NCBI GenBank assembly: GCA_951406725.2 | Contig: OX597814.1 | Location: forward strand, 125,736,001 to 125,800,000 | Direction: 5' to 3' | Source: Octopus vulgaris | Lineage: Eukaryota | DNA: 64,000 nt | Shown: positions 1 through 12,544 of the stretch, piece after piece | Position numbering within the stretch: position 1 is the stretch's first letter | How the letters are laid out: every line of letters starts with the position of its first letter | Notes under the pieces: generated by a model | The model's input: the letters and a program-made list of their open reading frames with translations, nothing else | Database searches by the model: none | What the model was told of the DNA's origin: nothing | Program-made: the position numbers and the translations under genes

Positions 1-1480
1 AGGATGCGTTCATAATAACAGTGAAAAAATAGTGAAGTTTGAAATAAATACAAAACTCATTTAACCGAGCGTAACACAGTTTCGAAATGATATTTATATG
101 TGAAAGGTGACGAGCTGACAGAATCGTTAGAACGCCGGGCGAAATGCTTAGCGGTATTTCGTTGTGCCGCTACGTTCTGAGTTCAAATTCCGCTGAGGTC
201 GACTTTGCATTTCATCCTTTCGGAGTCGATTGAATAAGTACCAGTTACGCACTGGGGTCGATATAATCGACTTAATCCGTTTGTCTACCCTTGTTTGTCC
301 TCTCTGTGTTTAGTCCCTTGTGGGTAGTAAAGAAATAGGTATTCTATATGTGATGACGTACTTATGTACGCTCAGAGGGTTGTAATACCTGTTTCTTTGC
401 AAAATCGTATGTTAAAAGAATTCCACATGGGTCACTCAGGAATGGCGAGAATGAAAGCATTGATGAGAAGCTATGTTTATTCATTTAATATGGATCAGGG
501 TATTGAAAAATTTGTGAAAGCCAGCAGGGGTTGTGCCTTGGCAGCAAAGGCACCGCCTTGGCCAAACACTGACGTACTTTGGTCAAGATTACATATAGAC
601 TTCGCTGGAGCGTTGAATGGGGGTATTATTTAATAGTCGTGGATAGTTGTACAAAATGGCCGGAAATATGTAAATGTAGGAAGCCAACCTCCAAAGTAAC
701 GATGGAATTTCTAGACGAACTTCTTGCGCGATATGGCGTCCCAGACACTATAGTGTCCGATAATGGAACACCGTTTACGTCAAAGGAATTTTAAAACTTT
801 TGCAAAATGCATGTAAATGAGCATATTACTATTCCGCCATACCATCCAAGATCGAATGGACTAGTGGAATGTTTCGTAGACACGTTTAAGAGGACACTGA
901 AAAAGTCTGGAAATGAACTACTAGCTGATAGTGCGTTGACGCATTTCTTAAGTGTCTACCGAACACCACATCAGGTATGTCACCGGCTGAAATTCAGGTC
1001 AGTGTTTGGCAAATTACTTCCGGGAAGAAAAGAAAAAAATAGAGAGAAACACCGAAAATAAGGGGAAATACTTCAAAATCGGTGACAAAGTGTTTTTTTT
1101 AATATACAGAAACGGAAAGGAAAGTTGGGAAAAAGATATAAGTAAACGTTTAGGAAAAATAACGTACATTGAAAAAGATCATGCATGGGAACACAAGAAA
1201 CACCTAAATCAACTGAGAAAAAGGTTTACGGAAGAAAGAATAAGACATGAAGAGCCTCTAGAATTTCTTTATGACATTTTTGACGTTCTGATACCACAAG
1301 GAATAATTGAGCCAACGAGTACAGCGACTAGGAAAAAAAAGCAAACAGAACTTTTGCAAGTAGACTCAAAACGAAAACAATATTCCAATTTCTTCCCGGG
1401 GAATTGAAAAAAAAGTAGTTGGGGAGGTGGTAATAAAGAAAACATTAAAAAAATATTGACTTCCAACGAAAGTCAAACGC
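1..1480 (+). pseudogene. pol: Ty3/Gypsy LTR retrotransposon pol relic: integrase (HHCC zinc-binding, rve core, C-terminal region), frameshifted and interrupted by a SINE at 106-344
   Basis: Consecutive ORF fragments read YSICDDVLMYAQRVVIP, KEFHMGHSGMARMKALMRSYVY, WSRLHIDFAG, YYLIVVDSCTKWPEI, YGVPDTIVSDNGTPFTSKEF, HITIPPYHPRSNGLVECFVDTFKRTLKK. These are Gypsy integrase motifs broken by frameshifts. Confidence 0.93.
106..344 (+). mobile_element. tRNA-derived SINE family A, inserted in Gypsy pol
   Basis: Head GGTGACGAGCTGACAGAATCGTTAG, box B-like GAGTTCAAATTCC, core GAGGTCGACTTTGC.TTTCATCCTTTCGG. Flanked by direct repeat TATATGTGA (95-103 and 345-353). Confidence 0.9.
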
Positions 1481-1492
1481 AAAAGGGGGAGA
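1481..1492 (+). promoter_or_regulatory. Polypurine tract of the Gypsy element
   Basis: AAAAGGGGGAGA lies immediately before TGTTG, downstream of the integrase. Confidence 0.85.
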
Positions 1493-1767
1493 TGTTGTGG
1501 TGAAATCCTGACACCCTTGTGGGATAGCAAGTCAACTGTCCTAAACTGTATAAAGGCGCATGCGCACTGTCAGTGAAGGACAGTGTGGTGTGTGTAGTCA
1601 CTTTGTGAAGACAGTCGTAGAAGTCGTTCAGAAGAGATATTGTTGGTTACGTGTTGTTTCTGATTGATATTTGTATTCTTATAACCATGTTATAGGTCCA
1701 CGTTATAATGCGGCATGTACAGTGAGTTCAAAGAAGGCCATAACAGTGTCGACGAGACACAGCAACA
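1493..1767 (+). mobile_element. 3' LTR (~275 bp) of the Gypsy element
   Basis: Starts TGTTG directly after the PPT and ends CAACA at 1763-1767 (inverted termini). Contains TATAAA at 1549-1554. Confidence 0.8.
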
Positions 1768-1804
1768 TATAATGAAATGATTAAACGATAAAAAAGAGAA
1801 AAGG

Positions 1805-2150
1805 TTAGCAATTTTAAGGTAAGTCAATGACGTCAATCCCGGTAATTGGCTATTACTTTATTTTGTCGACCCCGAAATGATGAAAAGCGGAATTTGAATT
1901 CAGGGCCTTCAAAAGGCAGGAAGGATGCTGCTAAGTATTTTTGTTCGACTCGCTAAGAATTCTGCCCGCTCACCGTTTGCTAAATAAAGGACAAAGCCAA
2001 CAATTTCAAAGGGAGATGTTAAATCGATACCATCGTTCCCAGTACTTTACTGATACATTTCTTCTTTGCTGATACATTTCTTTTATAGATCCCAGAGAGA
2101 CGAAAAGCAACTTCGACTCTGGCGGGAATGGAACCGAAGGTGTAAAGAGC
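1805..2150 (-). mobile_element. Two degenerate SINE family A copies
   Basis: Reverse-strand remnants GTCGACCCCGAAATGATGAAAAG..GGAATTTGAATTCAG and GATCCCAGAGAGACGAAAAGCAACTTCGACTCTGGCGG. Confidence 0.65.
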
Positions 2151-2356
2151 CTTCTATCATGTTATTCTCGGTGTTCTTGTCGTACGTCTAATTTTGTCCG
2201 TGTGTTACGCCCATGCCAGGGAAGATAACTTGAATGGAGAAAGTTGGATGTAGGAAGAAAAGGGAAACAAAGTAGACACAACGGAAATAGTGGAATTAGT
2301 GAAAAATTGAAAAATTTGAAAGACAAAACACGAAAGTAAGTGAGAGAAAGAGAGAG

Positions 2357-2396
<40 letters not shown>

Positions 2397-2668
2397 ATTC
2401 TGTATTTGTGTGTTAAATTGCAGCTACAGCCGAAAATGTTTGATATAATGAAGCAATGTCTTGAAGATCTATAAATATATTTGTTAAAACATATATCGTT
2501 AGATAGTTGAATTAAGTGAAAAGATCATATTTAGTAAATAGTTGTGGTTGATAAATTTTTATCCTTTATGTAATCCAGACGAAAGGCCTTGGCCATCCAG
2601 GAGCATCGCCATTATTGATATTATGAAAGCACACAAATACATACATCGGCAGATAGGAAAGTAGATGC

Positions 2669-2881
<213 letters not shown>

Positions 2882-2929
2882 GTGATTCTTCAGATATATC
2901 AGTAGATATGCAGATAAAGAGATATATTG

Positions 2930-3120
2930 GTTTCAAATTTTACCTCAAATCCAGCAATTTCGGATGACAGGGTAAGTCGATTACATCAAACAGTGCTCAA
3001 CTGGTATATATTTTAGCGACCCTAGAATGATGAAAGGCAAAATCGATCTCGGCGAAATTTCAACCCCGAAAGTAAACGCTAAGCGTTTTGCCCGGCCTGC
3101 TGATATTCTGTCAGCTCGCA
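2930..3120 (-). mobile_element. Degenerate SINE family A copy
   Basis: Contains GATGAAAGGCAAAATCGATCTCGGCGAAATTT and GCTAAGCGTTTTGCCCGGC. Confidence 0.75.
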
Positions 3121-3249
3121 GACTCAAATAGCTATAGTTACTAAATAGATACGTAGCTGACTTGGAAAGAAATCAAAAATAATCTCAAATGGTGAATAAC
3201 TTGCATTGAGCCTTGGTGGTGGATGAATAGCGAAAAGTATATTTTCTCT

Positions 3250-3478
3250 TTTTATGCATACCTTTTACCTGTCTCAGTCATTAGACTGCGGCTATGTTGA
3301 GGTACTGCCTTGAAGAATCTTTAGTCGAACGAATCGACCCTGGTACTTAGTTTTTTTAAAGCTTGGTTCTTATCCTATTCGCTTCTTTGGCCGGACCACC
3401 AGGTTACAGGGACGTAAATACCAGCACTGGTTGTCCAGCGGTAGTAAGGGACAAATACATACACAAATACAACACACG

Positions 3479-3549
<71 letters not shown>

Positions 3550-3710
3550 ATATCTATCTATCTATCAATACGATGTGTTTATTTCAGTTTCCATCTACCA
3601 AATCCTCTAAGGTTTTGGTTAAACCGGGGCTATAGCAGAAGACAAGGTGTCAAGCTGTGTGTCTGAACCCGGAACCATGTGGATGGGAAGCAAAGTTCTT
3701 ACCACACACT
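3250..3710 (-). mobile_element. tRNA-derived SINE family B with internal (TCTA)n microsatellite
   Basis: Reverse complement of the family B head (CTGAACCCGGAACCATGTGG..CTTACCACAC) and tail (CAGTCATTAGACTGCGGCTATGTTGAGG). Confidence 0.8.
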
Positions 3711-3949
3711 CTATATGTGTGCCTATATGTGAATAAGTTTTATCGTTTTAATCCATCTTTTATTTCCTTGAATCATAAACTACGCCATAATTGAGAAACA
3801 TATTACACGAAGATAAATAAACAATACCTTTTAAGTTCATTTCGATTATATTTAAAAGTAATTTAGATTACATGGCAGGATTTCAAAAGGATTTTTTGAA
3901 ATTATTTGCTTGTGTCTAATATATTCACATAATGTTTTCAAATATGCTG

Positions 3950-3983
3950 ACTTGCACAGTAGAATTTCCACGGGTCTCTCTAG
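3950..3983 (+). mobile_element. Possible decayed Helitron 3' terminus
   Basis: Imperfect hairpin ACAGTAGAA-T-TTCCACGGG followed a few nt later by CTAG|T, the canonical Helitron 3' end arrangement. The 5' end was not located. Confidence 0.4.
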
Positions 3984-4093
3984 TTATGAAGATCGTTGAA
4001 CGAAACAGGATTTAAATAAGTCTACCTTCTATATGTATTCAGGCATAGATGAGAGTAAAATTCTGTGTATAAGTTTGTAGCGTGTGTAGAGTA

Positions 4094-4179
<86 letters not shown>

Positions 4180-4199
4180 GTGTGCCGTTTGTATGTGCG

Positions 4200-5700
4200 T
4201 GAAAAGCCTCCTAAAAGAGATTAAGAAAGAAACAGCTTGACAGTGAAAACTTTAAATTCTCACTTAAATAATGAAAATATCACTCATCTTTTCCATGAAT
4301 AGATTTACGGTGCCAGTCATAACGTATGGTTTCCTAATTTTGGTCCGGAACATAGCAGAACGAAACTCGAAAGCCCGTAACATTGGAAGTCTTCTAATGC
4401 GTCATCAAATTTTACTCATTAAGTTTGACATTTAACAGCTGTACATCCCGAAGAAGAGAATGTGGAAAGGAAACTAATTAGTGTCAGAGTGTAGTTTAAG
4501 AAGGCAATTATCAATGTTGCCCATTACTTTTACCTGTTACGTACCTCTGTTGGCTATGATCGTACAGAAGGTAATAAATCGAAGTTTCCCGTGAAATTGG
4601 ATTGTATTTCAAACAGCTACACTGTAAAACTAAGGCAGTAGCAAAAACGAACAACTAATAATGTTAAGCAATATTCTTTTCGGGCACAAGGCCCGAAATT
4701 TTGGGGGAGGGGGCCAGTCAATTAGGTCGACCCCAGTACTCAGTTGGTACTTAATTAATCGACCCCGAAAGGATGAGAGGCAAAGTCGAGCTCGGCGGAA
4801 TTTGAATTCAGAACGTAAAGACAGTTGAAATACCTATTTCTATTTCTTTACTACCCACAAGGGGCTAAACACAGAGAGGACAAACAAGAACTGACAAACG
4901 GATTAAGTCGATTATATCGACCCCAGTGCGTAACTGGTACTTATTTAATCGACCCCGAAAGGATGAAAGGCAAAGTCGACTTCGGCGGAATTTGAATTCA
5001 GAACGTAGCAGAAGACGAAATACCGCAAAGCATTTCGCCCGGCGTGCTAACGTTTCTTATTTCATTATTGCCCACAAGGGGCTAAACATAGAGGGGACAA
5101 ACAAGGACAGACAAAGGGGTTAAGTCGATTACATCGACCCCAGTGCGTAACTGGTACTTAATTTATCGACCCCGAAAGGGTGAAAGGCAAAGTCGACCTC
5201 GGCTGAATTTGAACTCAGAAGTAAAGACAGACGAAATACCAATTCTTTACTACCCACAAGAGGATAAACACAGAGAGGACAAATAAGGACAGACAAACGG
5301 ATTAAGTCGGTTACATCAATCCCAGTGCGTAGCTGGTACTTATTTAATTGACCCCGAAAGGATGAAAGGCAAAGTCGACCTCGGCGGAATTTGAACTCAG
5401 AACGTAGCGGCAGACGAAATACGGCTACGCATTTCGCCCGGCGTGCTAACCTTTCTGCCAGCTCGCCGCCTTAATGTTGAGTAATATTGCCATCATGGAA
5501 AACTGCAGTGAGTGAATAAGGTGAGCCTCAACGAGTTCACTCTACAAGCTATGTATAGCAGCCATATCTCCGTAAATTTATACACAACCATCTTCAAGTC
5601 AGAAAGGACACTAACAATGAAATACGTTGATATACAAAAAATACAGAATGATCTTCCAAGAAATACCTTTGATCACATCTTTGCTCAGTCATATTTCGGC
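4200..5700 (+). pseudogene. R4/Dong-like (RLE) non-LTR retrotransposon relic, interrupted by the SINE tetramer
   Basis: Decayed translation LNNENI..MNRFTVPVITYGF...QLYIPK resembles R4-clade LNxxNKxxAINxxAVPVxTYSFG...RLYLPR. After the SINE array it continues with NTFDHIF, resembling ETIxHI. Confidence 0.6.
4676..5471 (-). mobile_element. Head-to-tail tetramer of SINE family A units
   Basis: Four successive copies of the ATCGACCCCGAAAGGATGAAAGGCAAAGTCGAC core and only one complete tRNA-like head (ending ~5471). Flanked by 17-bp near-identical direct repeats (4659-4675 and 5472-5488). Confidence 0.92.
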
Positions 5701-5796
5701 TAGGACTAGGACTTAACAGCAACAACAACCATGACGATAAACAAATTGCCTTACAAATAAGTGGTCTGGATGTAGCTGTAAAGTCAACAATATTTT

Positions 5797-5881
5797 CCAC
5801 ACAACTAACCACGCCGTTGTACATTGAGATCGTCGCCACACAACAACTAACAACGCCGTTGTGTACATTGAGAAGATCGTC
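5797..5881. repeat. Imperfect ~40-bp tandem duplication
   Basis: CCACACAACTAACCACGCCGTTGTACATTGAGATCGTC repeated, with small slippage insertions in the second copy. Confidence 0.85.
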
Positions 5882-5902
5882 ATCTATACAGTAGTATATT
5901 TT

Positions 5903-6247
5903 GAAGGGTAAAGGGTAAAGACTCCCTTCGGTCATGAATGACCATGGAATTGCACCTAGAAAGTCACCCCCCGACGCACAAATCCGGCGAGGTTGTTTAT
6001 AGAAAACCAGTTGTCGCCCATGCACAGCAACCTCCTCTCTCCACGCCACTAATGCTATTCAAGGGAAAAGCAAAGACCGATACAGCTTGGCACCAGTGAT
6101 GTAGCAACTCATTTCTATAGCTGAGTGAAGTGGAGCAACGTCAAATAAAGTGTCTTGCTCAAGAACTCAACACAGCCCGGTCCAGGAATCGAAGTCACTA
6201 CCTCATGATTGTGAATCCGACGCTCTAACGACTGAGCCATGCACCTA
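5903..6247 (-). mobile_element. tRNA-derived SINE family C
   Basis: Minus strand begins AGGTGCATGGCTCAGTCGTTAGAGCGTCGG (box A) ...CTTCGATTCCTGG (box B-like), then TTCTTGAGCAAGACACTTTATTT..TCACTCAGCT. Homologous to 23990-24145, 25845-26120 and 30615-30915. Confidence 0.85.
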
Positions 6248-6289
6248 CATATTGTATCACTTTGTTCATCATTGCCTCCATATAAATAA

Positions 6290-6640
6290 GGTTAGGGATA
6301 TAGCATAACAAAACTACTACATATCCACACCTGGTCAGCTAACTTGACTTATTTGAAAAATATAAGTGATACTGGCGACATCATCATTGGAGATTACAAA
6401 TATGTTCCAAAGACTGACAATACTACCTGGATGTGGAGTGTAGGGAGTTGTGGTGGACATTGCAGTATTATAGTGCTGGTAGTGAAACTTGTCGAAGATA
6501 CGTAGAGATCGACGAAACCTTTCTACACACACTCGTTCAGTGAACAAGCAATGTTGATTTGTAGAGTTATGTCGAATAAAATTATATTGTTTGTGGAGAC
6601 GAAATCCAGTTATCAACCAAATTCGTTATGAAGATCTCCT
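6290..6640 (+). mobile_element. Possible Penelope-like element 3' end
   Basis: Decayed YW...RL...YVPK(G)L resembles the GIY-YIG C-terminal YWxxxLxTxxPxGLN motif. It is followed by a CGAAGA...CGAAAC segment and AATAAA. Weak. Confidence 0.3.
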
Positions 6641-7038
6641 CAATGCTTTCCTTTAAGGTAGAGCGCGTAGTTTCTCTCTTCTTCTTTTTTCCACTTCGAT
6701 TGGTATCTGTAGCAAAAGAGTAGTGTGATGGACAAGATTAAGAAGTTTGTGGTCAGGGCTTTTGTTCTCCAGCCAAGACCTTATTTCAAGTATCCCTAAA
6801 CGAGAAAGTGTTGCCCTCCACTATATTCTCTGAAAGGTGGGTAAGCATAGCGAGTACGGCTTTGTTAAATGGGCAAGAGGTTGTAGAAATCGTAAGAGTT
6901 GAAGAGCAATCCTACATCGATGGTGGCTTCTAATTCCTTTGTGAGTGCCTATTTGTGCTGACTACTAAATTTCTAACCTATCTTAATATATTTTATTGTT
7001 TCCCTCCCCACTGTTTAGATACATGAATACGTACCTAA

Positions 7039-7101
<63 letters not shown>

Positions 7102-7139
7102 CTTCTTTCTTTCTTTCTTTCTTTGTCTGTCTGTCTGTC

Positions 7140-8430
7140 CGTGTCCTCTAACGGTGCATTGTATTTAGGAATCAATCTTGACAGGCCATCCGCATCTCCT
7201 AATTTTTTCGATGGTAGAAAATTCCATCTTAAAATGTTGTTTTAGCAGGATTGTCCCCCAGCGCTGCAATTGGGATACCCTTTTTCGATCCGTAAATTGA
7301 TAACAAAAGATGGTGATCTGTTTGCAGACAGAATTTCCTTCCATGTATGAATTTGTGAAATATTTTCACCGCAAAAATAATGGCTAGTGCTTCCTTCTCA
7401 ATTTGGCTGTAGACTTTTTTCAGCCGCCAACAATGAACATGAAGCATGAGCAATGGGTTTTACGCTACCATTTTCCATACTTGTGTAAAATTACCGTTCC
7501 TATACCACTTTCGCTAGCATCTGATGCTACTACTATTTTTAAATTTGGATAATGATAGTTCTGATGTTAAAACCTTTTAAATTTCTTCGAACGCTTTTTG
7601 ACACTTGTCTGACCAATACCATTTTACAACTTTTTTTCAATAGATTATTTAGGGGTGCTCTTAGCTCATGCATATTTGGCATGCATGTTTGGTAACAGTT
7701 CGCGAGCCCTAAGAACGCTTGTAATGTTGTAATATTTTTCGGGGAAGGCATATTTTTTATTGCCGTCGATCTTGAAGGATCTGTCCTGCAACCATTTTTA
7801 TCAATAACTTGCCCAAGATACTTTATTTTTGGCATGAAAAATTTGCATCTTTCCTCTGTACTCCTCTATCTTCTCAAAGACCATTTTAATATGTTCCTCA
7901 TGCTGGTTTCTAGACTCACTTTTTATGAGTATGTCATCCAAATATGCTATAGCGAAATCCGTATCTACAAGCATTGTGTCCATCACTTGTTGGAAAATAC
8001 TAGGTGCCACCATTATCGCGAAAGGAAGTCGATTGAATTTATATAAACTTTTATGAGTGCTTATCGTTGATAATTTCGAATATTCTTCCTCGACTTGTGA
8101 CTGTAAATACACCTCCGACCAGTCCAACTTTGAGAAAAAGTTTCCTCCATTGAGTTTCACAAAAAGATTTCCTCTGGACTTAGTAGTGGGCAACTGTCTG
8201 TCCTTAGACATTCGTTCAAACCTGTTGAAAAGTCCGCGCATACTCGTATTTTGTTATTGTTTTTCTTTACATAAACAGTGCTGCCCATTCTGAATAACCA
8301 ACTTTTTCTATAACTTCCAGTTTTTCTAGCCTATCTAACTCCTCGCTGACTTGATTCAAAGCCGCGAAAGGTACGGATTGCTTTCGTTTAAACATCGGTA
8401 CGGCGTTTTCTTTTACTTGAAATTTTGCAG
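7140..8430 (-). pseudogene. pol: Ty3/Gypsy pol relic: reverse transcriptase and RNase H
   Basis: Motifs FFSKLDWSEVYLQ, FNRLPFAIMVAPSIFQQVMDTML, AIAYLDDILI, IKYLGQVID, LQAFLGLANCY, YSQIEKEALAIIFAVKIFHKFIHGRKFCLQTDH, ADGLSRL. Confidence 0.95.
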
Positions 8431-11400
8431 TTGGAGCATGATTTTTAACAGTTGGCAGTAATTTTGGTTACTCGGACATATATTGCCGCAGAAGATGACG
8501 ATCGTGGCACGTGATGGAATCTCCAACGCCAGAGAACAGTTCTGCTGAAGTAAAATTCATGTCCGCCTTAATTGAGGTTCTGATATCTATCAGTATAATA
8601 GGCATATATTCTAACCACCTGTATGTGTTGCTGGATTCTTTAAGTGGTTTTAAATTGGCGGTGAAAACGCGCGTTCATTCCATTTGCCACAAAAGGATAA
8701 GCAGCAATACTAATCCTCTTAATATCCTGTAATTGGGTTAACTCAGCAAAACAAACTAGATTCAAACTGCCAAATAAATTGTCCGTTGTTATCATAGCTA
8801 TATCTCAGAAGGCGAAATCCAGTTGTAAAAACAGCACCTTTGCTACGGTTGCTCATGAAATATATATGATAGGAATGCCATCAGGCCACCTAGAGAAACG
8901 TTCAATAGATGTCAACAGATAGTTATAATCTTGAACAAGAGATAAGGGTCCAACAATATTCATATGTATATGCTGAAAACGAGCGCTCGGTGCATAAAAA
9001 GTGCCTTAAGGAATTCTAATAGGAGGATGAGCTTTTGATTTTTGACAAGATGTGCAATGCCAAGCCCAATGATGAACATGACTATTCATGTGTTGCAAAT
9101 TGAATCAAGCTGAAATGAGTTGCTCCAGTTCTGCAATTCCCAAGTAAAACATTATTATGAAAAGCAACGAAAACTGAACATCTACGTTTAGCAGGTACAA
9201 AAGCTAGTTCATGACCAGTAAATATCACACTAAATATGCTTCGTGGAAGCAGATAGAGGAACACGGTGGAATTCTAACAAAGATGACAGAGTTCTTTAAC
9301 TGTAGTAATTCTCCATTCGTTTTCTGGTTCACAGCAATTCTTTCCAACCCAACAGAATTCCTGTAGTGAAGAGAATTCACATGAAGTCGGGAAAAGGCAT
9401 CAGCTGCGCAACTACTAGAATCGTTGATATGACGAATATCGGTAGTAAACTGCGATGCAAAATCAAGGTAGCTAATTTCCCTTGCGAAACGTTTAACCAT
9501 TTTAGATTTAAGTGCAAAAGTTAATATCTTATTATTAATATGACAACATTTTTTCCTTGTAGTAAATGACAAAAATGGTTAACATCTATAGATATGCTGT
9601 TAATAATTCCCAACCAAAAGTATTATATCTAGATTCCGCCGGTTTGGAGCTCTCCGACAAAAAGGACAAAAGTTACCAAGAATCCTGAATAGATTGTAAA
9701 ACAACACCGATTCCCATGTCAGAAGCATCCATTAACAAAGAAAGGGGTGCATGTGGTATTGGGTGAGTTAATGTAGTCGTGGATAATTTCTCTTTAATCT
9801 CGTTAAACGACCGCAATTCTTCTGATGTTAAAAGTATTTTCTCGTTCTTCCTTTTTAGATTTTGTAGCAAATCTGTTAAAGGGCAAGCCGTTTCAGTTTC
9901 ATGTGAAATAAAACGTCTAGAAATTCACTAAACCAAGATATTCACATAATTTTCGTAACGAAGTAAAGCTGGAAATTGAACGAGTGCACCTAGCTTTTTT
10001 CCGTCAGAGGACGAATACCATTGCAATCAACGATATGGCCTAAAAAGGTTATATATGAAACAACAAAAGGACATTTATAGGGTTAATCATCACGCCGTAA
10101 TGTTACAACCCAGTAAAGAGTTGATTTAGATTACGTTTGTTCAGCGATTCTGAAGCATTAGCAATCAATAAATCATGAATGTACGCAACAACAAAATTCA
10201 AACCGTAACTCCATCAATAAATCTCTAGAAAGAATTCACGGGATTTATGAGCTCCAAAAGCATTCTAACGATTTCATGTAGTCTAAATGGTGTGGTAATA
10301 ACCGTCTTATGATTGTCACTGGGTTGTTTTAGAATCTGGTTATATGCACGAACTAAATCTATCTTTGGTAAAAACAGAAAAACTGTAACAATATATAAAG
10401 ATGAGAAATCATGCATGCGAGGAATAAAATATTTATCTGGTATCGTTCTAGAATTTAATATCCTGTTGTCTCTGCGGAGACGCCAATACTCATCAGTCTT
10501 CTTCGGCAATATATGCTGAGAAACCCAAATTGCTATAAGGCGGAATAATACGAACTACATGCAACGTGGCTAAATTCCTCTTTAGCAATTTTCAAACTGG
10601 TTAGAGCAAGATCGAGGATGAGCAGAAATAGGAGGTCCATTTCTAAAACTACGATGTGCTACTGAATGTAATGGTTTTCTGTCGCTAAAAACTGAGCGAG
10701 TGACGTCCGAAAATCGACTAAGAAAAACATGATAATTACTAGATGTAGAAGCGACAAAGAAAAATAAACTGGAAATGGTAACCTTTGCGTTAATATCCAT
10801 AAAGTAGTCGTAGAATCAATTAATATATATTATTAATCAACTGGAAAATCAAAATAATGAAGAAAATCAGCGCCGACGACTGAATACGCAAAATCAGCCA
10901 TGACAAAATACCATTTGAAAACTCAGTGTAAACTCAAGTCTAACGTCATAGGTCTTCCTCCATAAAAGGGTATTACTGAATGGTTTACTGCTTGCAAAGT
11001 AATCACTGTTGATTGCCGTGTGCCGCTGTCAGCTGCTGTGAAACTGTAAGTCCAAATAACCACTCAGCAGAAGTGTCCACGAGTAAACGTGATTTTGAAG
11101 TATAAACAAAACCATAAAATAAGTGATATACGGTAGAAGCGTTAGAAGATGGAGTCACTGTTGATCTTTGGTGTCTACGTTTTCTTCTTGCTTAGCAGCA
11201 GATAGAAAAGAACAGTGTTGTATTCAACGATGAGCATTCGAGCCGAATCTGTAATGATGCCAACACTGTGCATAATTTCTCCTGCAAAAGTTAGAGAAGC
11301 GTTTTCGCTCTGAATTTCTTGAACTGGATGTCGAAAGCGCGGAAAAAAGTAGTTTAGAGACATTCCGTTTTTCCACGAGGGCTTCAGTCTTGTCTTACGG

Positions 11401-11600
11401 AAAGCCACCAACTCGTAGCTATACGTTCGGATTTATGGGCACAGCATTATATCAGTGTCGGTATTGGCTTAGAGAAATTACTTCTGTAGTTGCCGGGCTG
11501 ACGGACTGCATTCATTTAAGTTCAGCGTTTGTAGTATTTACCATTTTCATTAGTAAAGACGCGGGAATTACAATGTTAGAGGGTCATCGTTCGTGGTTGG
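8431..11600 (-). pseudogene. pol: Second, older Ty3/Gypsy internal region (gag-PR-RT-RH-IN), heavily decayed
   Basis: Protease LLVDTSAE and VGADF (~10870-11100). RT PKKTDEYWRLRRDNRILNSRTIPDKY and KIDLVRAYNQI. RNase H LMDASDMGIGVVLQ and ADAFSRL. Integrase RFQHIHMNIVGPL, RFSRWPDGIPI, ERVFTANL/LIDIRTSIK. Confidence 0.9.
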
Positions 11601-12238
11601 TAGCATACAATATTAGGTACAGTGTGTGTGAGGATGAGAATGACCACACTAATACTTTAATATTATTTCTTTTTTTATTACCCAGAACAATTGAATTTAC
11701 ATATTCACAACAATTATTTGAATAAAGCAACATACAAGAAATAGTGAATGTGATTATTAAAAGTCTTCTTCACGTAAAATATTTTAGTTATTCATATGAA
11801 AATCACTGATGGTAATTGAAGGCAGAATAAGTAGAAATATTGAGAACATCCTATCACGAAACAGACGGGCAGGGTTCTGTGTAGCAACGGAGATTATTCT
11901 ACTTTTATAAGATTCAGTCTGGTGACAGTTAATTTCTTGAAGCTGGCCTTTTCCTTTTATGGTAATATAATCGCACCGTGGCTCTAAATGGGATCTGATC
12001 CAACGGTTTGAAACCGATCAGAAACCTCGCTACAAGTGTTAAGTGCTGTGAGTGCTTCGTCTGTTGCGTAGAAAAAATGCAATGGAAGTTGTGTTATTTT
12101 GATGGATTTGATGTTTGTGTTTCTTTTATGTTGTGTGTAATGCAACATTTTAGTGTCGGTTAGTGATTTTATAGAGAATTTGCTACGTGGGATCTGTGGG
12201 TTGTATTACTGAGTTATTATTCAGGTCTGTAGAATGTA

Positions 12239-12287
<49 letters not shown>

Positions 12288-12302
12288 TCTGTGTGTGTGT
12301 CT

Positions 12303-12335
<33 letters not shown>

Positions 12336-12544
12336 CACGTGTGTGTGTATGTGTGTGCGTGTGTGCTGCCTTATGTTATTGTGTTATGTTTGTGTATAGT
12401 ATATTTTACGTGGGTTCTGGTCATATTATTTATGGTGATTAATTTGGGTGTGTTATGTGAACTATATAATTTTATTTGGTGGTAAATGTATAAGTTATGT
12501 GTTGTGTCTGATTAACAGACAGTTTTTTGAGTGGGATGCACAAA

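Noticed and set aside
106-200. SINE heads as genuine tRNA genes (also ~6170-6247, ~24752-24830 and others)
   Set aside because: They continue into shared SINE bodies, are multicopy and diverged, and do not form complete cloverleaves.
2158-2253. Hydrophobic stretch VILGVLVVRLILSVCYAHA resembling a signal peptide
   Set aside because: In-frame stop just upstream, no in-frame ATG, no donor site, and it abuts a decayed SINE.
4676-5471. Regularly spaced repeats as a CRISPR-like array
   Set aside because: The intervening sequences are themselves homologous SINE body, not unique spacers, and the context is eukaryotic.
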